Assembly (NCBI GenBank): GCA_002414865.1 | Contig: DIAQ01000033.1 | Location: forward strand, 26,958-90,957 | Source of the DNA: a candidate division Hyd24-12 bacterium UBA5074 | GTDB taxonomy: Bacteria; Fermentibacterota; Fermentibacteria; Fermentibacterales; Fermentibacteraceae | DNA length: 64,000 bases | Direction of reading: 5' to 3' | In this document: piece after piece, positions 59,248 to 64,000 of the stretch | Position numbering within the stretch: the stretch's first letter is position 1 | Layout: each line of letters starts with the position of its first letter | Notes under the pieces: generated by a model | What the model was told of the DNA's origin: nothing | Seen by the model: the letters and a program-made list of their open reading frames with translations, nothing else | The model's database searches: none | Made by a program: the position numbers and the translations under genes

Positions 59248-59939
59248 GGCGCAGAGCGGCGGCATTCCTGGTTTGGGCCTCGGTCGTGCTCGCCGCGGCG
59301 CTCGCCGCCCTCGGCTACAGGTGGCTCGAGCGCAGGGGCGAGTTCGAGCTGAGGAGGGTCCTCGTCTATGGCTGCAGGCCCGCCGATTCGGCCGAGGTGG
59401 CCTCGGCCGTGGAGGGCTGTTTCGGGAGATCCCTCGGGAAGATCGACCCGGAGCAGGTGGCGGAAGCCCTGGAGGGACTCCGCGGGTTCGAGTCCGCGGC
59501 GGTCTGGCGGAGCTGGCCCGATGCGATATGCGCCGAAATCTCCATCGCGAGGCCTGTGCTGGTCCTCCGCTCCGGGAGCTGGGCGTCACCGGTCTCGGAC
59601 CGGGGCGAGAACCTGCCGGCCTCCTTCCTCTCGGACACGCTCCCGGTGTTCGACCTCCAGGGCATGCCGGACCCCTCGGTCCTGAGGAGCGCAGTGGCCT
59701 GGGCGGCGCGCGGCGGGGTGCCCGAGGACGCTGCGGCACTGACGATACAGGGAGACTGCATCTCGGCGTTCATGGAGGGGCACGTGCTGCTCCTGGGAGC
59801 GGGCGACTACGAGGAGAGGCTGGCGGTCTACAGGAGAGTGTACGGGGCCGGGCTGATCGGGACTGGCTGGGATGTCATCGATCTCAGGTACGAAGGCCAG
59901 ACGGTCCTCAGAAGAAGTGATCAGGGGGTGTCCTCTTGA
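59244..59939 (+). CDS. ftsQ: Cell division protein FtsQ/DivIB-like
   Basis: TM helix, POTRA-like segment ending R.WPD, C-terminal IDLRY; lies before ftsA. Confidence 0.8.
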   Translation: MRRRAAAFLVWASVVLAAALAALGYRWLERRGEFELRRVLVYGCRPADSAEVASAVEGCFGRSLGKIDPEQVAEALEGLRGFESAAVWRSWPDAICAEISIARPVLVLRSGSWASPVSDRGENLPASFLSDTLPVFDLQGMPDPSVLRSAVAWAARGGVPEDAAALTIQGDCISAFMEGHVLLLGAGDYEERLAVYRRVYGAGLIGTGWDVIDLRYEGQTVLRRSDQGVSS

Positions 59940-61177
59940 GCGACAGCCTGCTGGCTGGACTGGATGTGGGGACCAGCAAGGTCTGCTGCGTCACCGCGGA
60001 GCTGGACGAGTCGGGCGGCCTGACGATCACCGGAGCAGGTCAGGCCCCGGTCGAAGGCTGCCTGCGGGAGGGTGTCCTGCTGGATGTCCCGGGAGTTGCC
60101 GAAGCCATCGAGAAGGCGGTCTCCGAGGCCGAGCAGATAAGCTCCTCGGGAATCGAGAGGGTTTTTGCCGGAGTCAGCGGCGCGCATGTCAGGGGCTTCA
60201 GCGGGACCGGGACCGTGAGCGTAGGTCGCCAGGACGAGGTCGAATCCCGCGGCATAACGATGGAGGACGTAAGGAGAGCCGAAGAGGCGGCGAAGGCGGT
60301 CGGACTGCCTCCCGGCTGCCGGGTGCTGGGCGTGATCAGGCGGGATTACGGGGTGGACGGCTTCGACCGCGTGAGGAAGCCCCCGATAGGCCTCAGGGCT
60401 GAGCAGCTCAGCGCCAGCGTCTATACCGTCATCGCGGATCGCACCGCGGTCAGCAACCTGGAAGCGGCCATAAGATCGGCAGGCCTCGAGGTGGCTTCCG
60501 TCCTCCCATCAGCCCTCGCCACGGGAGCGGCCGTCCTGACCAGGGACGAGATGGAGATGGGAGTCGCCGTCGCGGACATCGGGGCCGGGACGACCGATGT
60601 CGCCGTCTACAAGTCCGGCTTCCCGGCGCATGTGGGTGTCGTCCCGCTGGGAGGGAACTACATCACCTCCGACCTCCAGGCGCTCCGGATTCCGCTCGAA
60701 CAGGCTGAGAAGATCAAGACCGGCTGGGCTGTCGCGTCTCCCGGCCTCGTCGATCCCAACATGAGCAGGAAGGTGCCGATGCTCGGCAACCGGGGAGTCT
60801 TCACCGTCTCGCACTCGGTGGTCTCCCAGGTGGTGGGTCAGAGGGTCGAGGAGATCTTCGAGGGCGTACTCGGAGAGCTTCTCAAGACCGGGATCGAGCT
60901 TTCGGACCTGCCGGCCGGGCTGGTGCTGTCCGGAGGATCGAGCCGCCTGGCGGGGATCTCGGATGTTGCAGGCCGCGTGACCGGGCTTCCTGTAGAGCAC
61001 GGCGTGCCGTCCGGCTTCGAGACTGCGACGGAAATGGTTCTTGCGCCAGAGTATGCGACTTGTGTGGGGCTCCTCGCGCTCGCGCTGGAAGGGGCTTCCG
61101 ATTCGAGGAGAAGCAGAGGTAAGGGCCTTTCGAGGCTGTTCTCGTGGCTTTCCGGCGCGGCCGGGAGGCTCCGCTAG
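59936..61177 (+). CDS. ftsA: Cell division protein FtsA
   Basis: LDVGTSKV, DIGAGTTD, GGNYITSD, AEKIK, VLSGG, C-terminal amphipathic helix. Confidence 0.95.
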   Translation: MSDSLLAGLDVGTSKVCCVTAELDESGGLTITGAGQAPVEGCLREGVLLDVPGVAEAIEKAVSEAEQISSSGIERVFAGVSGAHVRGFSGTGTVSVGRQDEVESRGITMEDVRRAEEAAKAVGLPPGCRVLGVIRRDYGVDGFDRVRKPPIGLRAEQLSASVYTVIADRTAVSNLEAAIRSAGLEVASVLPSALATGAAVLTRDEMEMGVAVADIGAGTTDVAVYKSGFPAHVGVVPLGGNYITSDLQALRIPLEQAEKIKTGWAVASPGLVDPNMSRKVPMLGNRGVFTVSHSVVSQVVGQRVEEIFEGVLGELLKTGIELSDLPAGLVLSGGSSRLAGISDVAGRVTGLPVEHGVPSGFETATEMVLAPEYATCVGLLALALEGASDSRRSRGKGLSRLFSWLSGAAGRLR

Positions 61178-61189
61178 AGAGGGGGGACC

Positions 61190-62338
61190 ATGGTTGTGAC
61201 TTCGTTGACCGAGATAGGCGAGGAGAATACCGGGCGGGTCCGGCTGAAGGTGGTGGGCGTCGGCGGCTGTGGATGCAACGCCATCAACAGGATGATCCGC
61301 CAGAGGATCGGCGGCGTCGAGTTCGTCGCGATCAACACCGACGCGCAGGCGCTGAACGACTGCCTGTCCGAGAACCGGCTGCAGATCGGGCAGCGCGAAA
61401 CCCGCGGACAGGGCGCCGGAGGCAACTGCGAGGCGGGTCAGAGGGCGGCGGAGGAGAGCCTCAAGGAGATAGAGTCGACGATCGAGGGCAGCCATATGGT
61501 GTTCCTCGCCGCCGGCATGGGCGGCGGAACGGGCACCGGGGCGGCTCCGGTCATCGCGCGGGTGGCCCGCGAGGCCGGCGCCATAACGGTAGGCGTCGTG
61601 ACGAGTCCGTTCGAATACGAGGGGGATGTCAGGAGCCGTCAGGCCGAGAGCGGGATAGAGGAGCTCCGCAAGGAGGTCGACACGCTGATAGTGATACCCA
61701 ACGACCGCCTCAGGACCCTTGCCGATCCCGACTCGACCCTGACCGACGTCCTGGACATGGCCAACGACGTCCTTCTGAACGCGGTGGACGGCATCTGCAG
61801 GCTCATCTCGACGCCGGGACAGATAAACCGCGACTTCCAGGACGTGAAGACGGTCATAACCAAGGGCGGCGGCGCGATGATAGGGACCGGGCGCGCTTCG
61901 GGCCCGAGCAGGGCTTCCGAGGCGGCGAAGTGGGCGGTTTCGGGTCCCCTTCTCGACGGCGTGTCGATAGAGGGAGCCCAGGCCCTGCTCATCCATGTGC
62001 AGGCCTCGGCCGAGCTGAAGTTCAACGAGTTCGACGAGGCTGTCCGGACGATAACGAATGCCGCCGGCAGCCAGGCCCACGTGTTCCTCGGATCCACACA
62101 CTGCCCTGACCTCGGCGACGAGATGAGGGTGACGGTCATCGCGACCGGGTTCGGCCAGGCGGTGGAGCGCGAACCGGAGGATGTAACCTACCGGACCTAC
62201 AGCCAGTTCAACGCCGAGACGAAACCCGCCGTGAAGGACCGGGAGAGCATTCCGATGAACACAGGAGGCTCCGGTCCGCAGTTGGACAGGCGGGCCGATG
62301 CCCGCCTCCCGAGCTTCCTCAAGAAGGAGATCAACTGA
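61190..62338 (+). CDS. ftsZ: Cell division protein FtsZ
   Basis: INTDAQAL, GMGGGTGTG, PF.YEG, IN.DF.DV, VTVIATGF, C-terminal LPSFLK. Confidence 0.97.
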   Translation: MVVTSLTEIGEENTGRVRLKVVGVGGCGCNAINRMIRQRIGGVEFVAINTDAQALNDCLSENRLQIGQRETRGQGAGGNCEAGQRAAEESLKEIESTIEGSHMVFLAAGMGGGTGTGAAPVIARVAREAGAITVGVVTSPFEYEGDVRSRQAESGIEELRKEVDTLIVIPNDRLRTLADPDSTLTDVLDMANDVLLNAVDGICRLISTPGQINRDFQDVKTVITKGGGAMIGTGRASGPSRASEAAKWAVSGPLLDGVSIEGAQALLIHVQASAELKFNEFDEAVRTITNAAGSQAHVFLGSTHCPDLGDEMRVTVIATGFGQAVEREPEDVTYRTYSQFNAETKPAVKDRESIPMNTGGSGPQLDRRADARLPSFLKKEIN

Positions 62339-62430
62339 GGCGCTGACGGAGTCTGCGGCTTCGTGCTGGTCCGCGGACGGGGACGGGGTTATATTTACGC
62401 ACTAATTACAGTCCGGGAGGGATCCTGGGA

Positions 62431-64000
62431 GTGAGCAGAGCCCCTGCGGCCGATCGTTACGAGCAGCGGAGGAAGAAGCTGCTCGAGTCAGAGGTGCAGT
62501 TGAGGCCGAGGAACTCCCGCGGCGTCTTCGAGACCGTGCTCGCCTATCCGAACTGCTACCAGGTCGGCATGTCATCCCTGGGGTTCCAGCAGGTCCTGCT
62601 GCAGCTCGGCAACTGGCCGGAAACCATCTGCGAGAGGGCCTTCCTCCCCGAACCGGACGAGCTGAACTGGCGCAAGCGCACGGGCAAGCCGATGGTGACT
62701 CTCGAGAGCGGGCGCTCGATCCGGAGCTGCGACCTCCTGGGATTCAGCATCGCGTACGAGCCCGACTATGTGAATGCCCTCGAGATGATGCGCCTGTCGG
62801 GGATCGCCCCCCTGAGCTCCGACAGGGACGACAAATGGCCGATCGTGCTTGCTGGAGGCCTCTGCGTCACTGCCAACCCGATGCCTCTGTCCCGCTTCTT
62901 CGACGCGATGGTGATCGGCGAGTCCGAGCCCACACTGGGCCCCCTGCTCGACACGATAAAGAGCATGGGCTCGCAGGGAGCGGGCAAGAAGAGGATCCTG
63001 AGGCTCCTGGCCGATCTGCCCGGCGTCTATGTACCTCAACTCCACGGCTTCTCGACTCCGAAGGCCACCATCATGCGCCAGTGGGCGAGCGCCGAGGCCA
63101 TAGGGGCTTCCTCCTGCATCCAGGCCAGCTCCAGTGCGCTCGGCGACATGATCATGGTCGAGATCTCGAGAGGTTGTCCGTACAGCTGCAGGTTCTGCCT
63201 GGCGGGATACGCATACCTGCCCTATCGCGAAGGACGCCTCGAGGACTTCTCGGAGACCCTGGCAGGCCTGCCGCGCGGCTCGAGGCTCGGCTTCGTGGCC
63301 TGCTCGCCCGACTCCCATCCTCTCTTCCCCGAGATGGTGGAGCTGGCCCGGTCCGGCGGACACGATGTCAGCATCGGGTCGCAGCGCGCCGAGGACCCTC
63401 TCCAGCTCAAGAAGGACGGCTTCGAGGAAACCACTCTCACGATCGCCCCCGAAGCCGGCTCGGACGGCCTGCGCAGGGTGATCGGCAAGAGCCTCCGCAA
63501 CGAAGCGATCCTGAGGACCGTCGAGGCGGCCACCGGGAAGGTCTCGAGGATACGGCTCTACTTCATCTACGGTTTCCCGTTCGAGACCGACGAGGACCGC
63601 GAGTCGATAGTCCAGCTCGTCAGGCAGATACGGGAGAAGACGGATCTCCCCCTGTCCCTCAGCCTCAATCCGTTCGTCCCGAAACCGTGGACCGCCTTCC
63701 AGTGGACCGCGATGGCCGACCTGAAGGACCTTCGTCGCTGGCGGGACGATCTGTCGCGCGATTTCCGGAGGATACCGGGCGTCGAGTTCCGCTTCCTCGG
63801 AGTGCATGAGGCTCACATACAGGCGCTGCTGGCCAGGGGCGACTCCAGGTCGGCCGAAGCCCTAATCTACAGGCTCGACGGGGACAGCTGGAGCACGGCA
63901 TTCGCCCGGGCGGGGATCGCGTTCGACTGGGTGTTCTCGCCTCTGAGGCCGGCCCAGCCCTTCGAGTGGGACTTCATCAACATGGGTTTCGGCCACACCA
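62431..64000 (+). CDS. Radical SAM protein (TIGR03960-related), 3'-truncated by window edge; absent from the ORF track
   Basis: GTG after GGGAGG; YPNCYQVGMSSLGFQ, CERAF, EISRGCPYSCRFC, TIAPEAGS, PFVPKPWTAFQ. Confidence 0.88.
   Translation, partial: MSRAPAADRYEQRRKKLLESEVQLRPRNSRGVFETVLAYPNCYQVGMSSLGFQQVLLQLGNWPETICERAFLPEPDELNWRKRTGKPMVTLESGRSIRSCDLLGFSIAYEPDYVNALEMMRLSGIAPLSSDRDDKWPIVLAGGLCVTANPMPLSRFFDAMVIGESEPTLGPLLDTIKSMGSQGAGKKRILRLLADLPGVYVPQLHGFSTPKATIMRQWASAEAIGASSCIQASSSALGDMIMVEISRGCPYSCRFCLAGYAYLPYREGRLEDFSETLAGLPRGSRLGFVACSPDSHPLFPEMVELARSGGHDVSIGSQRAEDPLQLKKDGFEETTLTIAPEAGSDGLRRVIGKSLRNEAILRTVEAATGKVSRIRLYFIYGFPFETDEDRESIVQLVRQIREKTDLPLSLSLNPFVPKPWTAFQWTAMADLKDLRRWRDDLSRDFRRIPGVEFRFLGVHEAHIQALLARGDSRSAEALIYRLDGDSWSTAFARAGIAFDWVFSPLRPAQPFEWDFINMGFGHT

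Overview
High-GC bacterial chromosomal segment, most likely from an anaerobic diderm of the FCB group. Ca. Fermentibacteria-like affinity is an impression from gene content and a C-terminal TWGxIK motif, not a computed result. Most of the window is housekeeping: uvrB (partial), an ispH fusion, purB/L/Q/S, radical SAM-rng-rplU-folD, aroQ-efp, dacB, rlmI, three tRNAs, nrdR, rnfCDGEAB, selAB, ugd-SLBB-wzc, and a dcw cluster from mraZ to ftsZ. The accessory part (27.4-33.2 kb) holds an ArsR/ArsP/thioredoxin/CcdA/Acr3 operon. The main finding is divergent from that operon: two tandem paralogous genes (31896-32537 and 32534-33172) that the ORF track splits in two. Each has a signal peptide and an in-frame TGA at codon 37 in a C-x-x-U context (CGSU, CCSU). 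Each TGA is followed 11 nt later by a near-identical 8-bp hairpin with an AGGY loop that looks like a bacterial SECIS. selA and selB lie about 7 kb away. These are probably exported selenoproteins on a non-thioredoxin, beta-rich surface-protein domain, and both end in a putative C-terminal sorting motif shared with a third secreted protein in the window.
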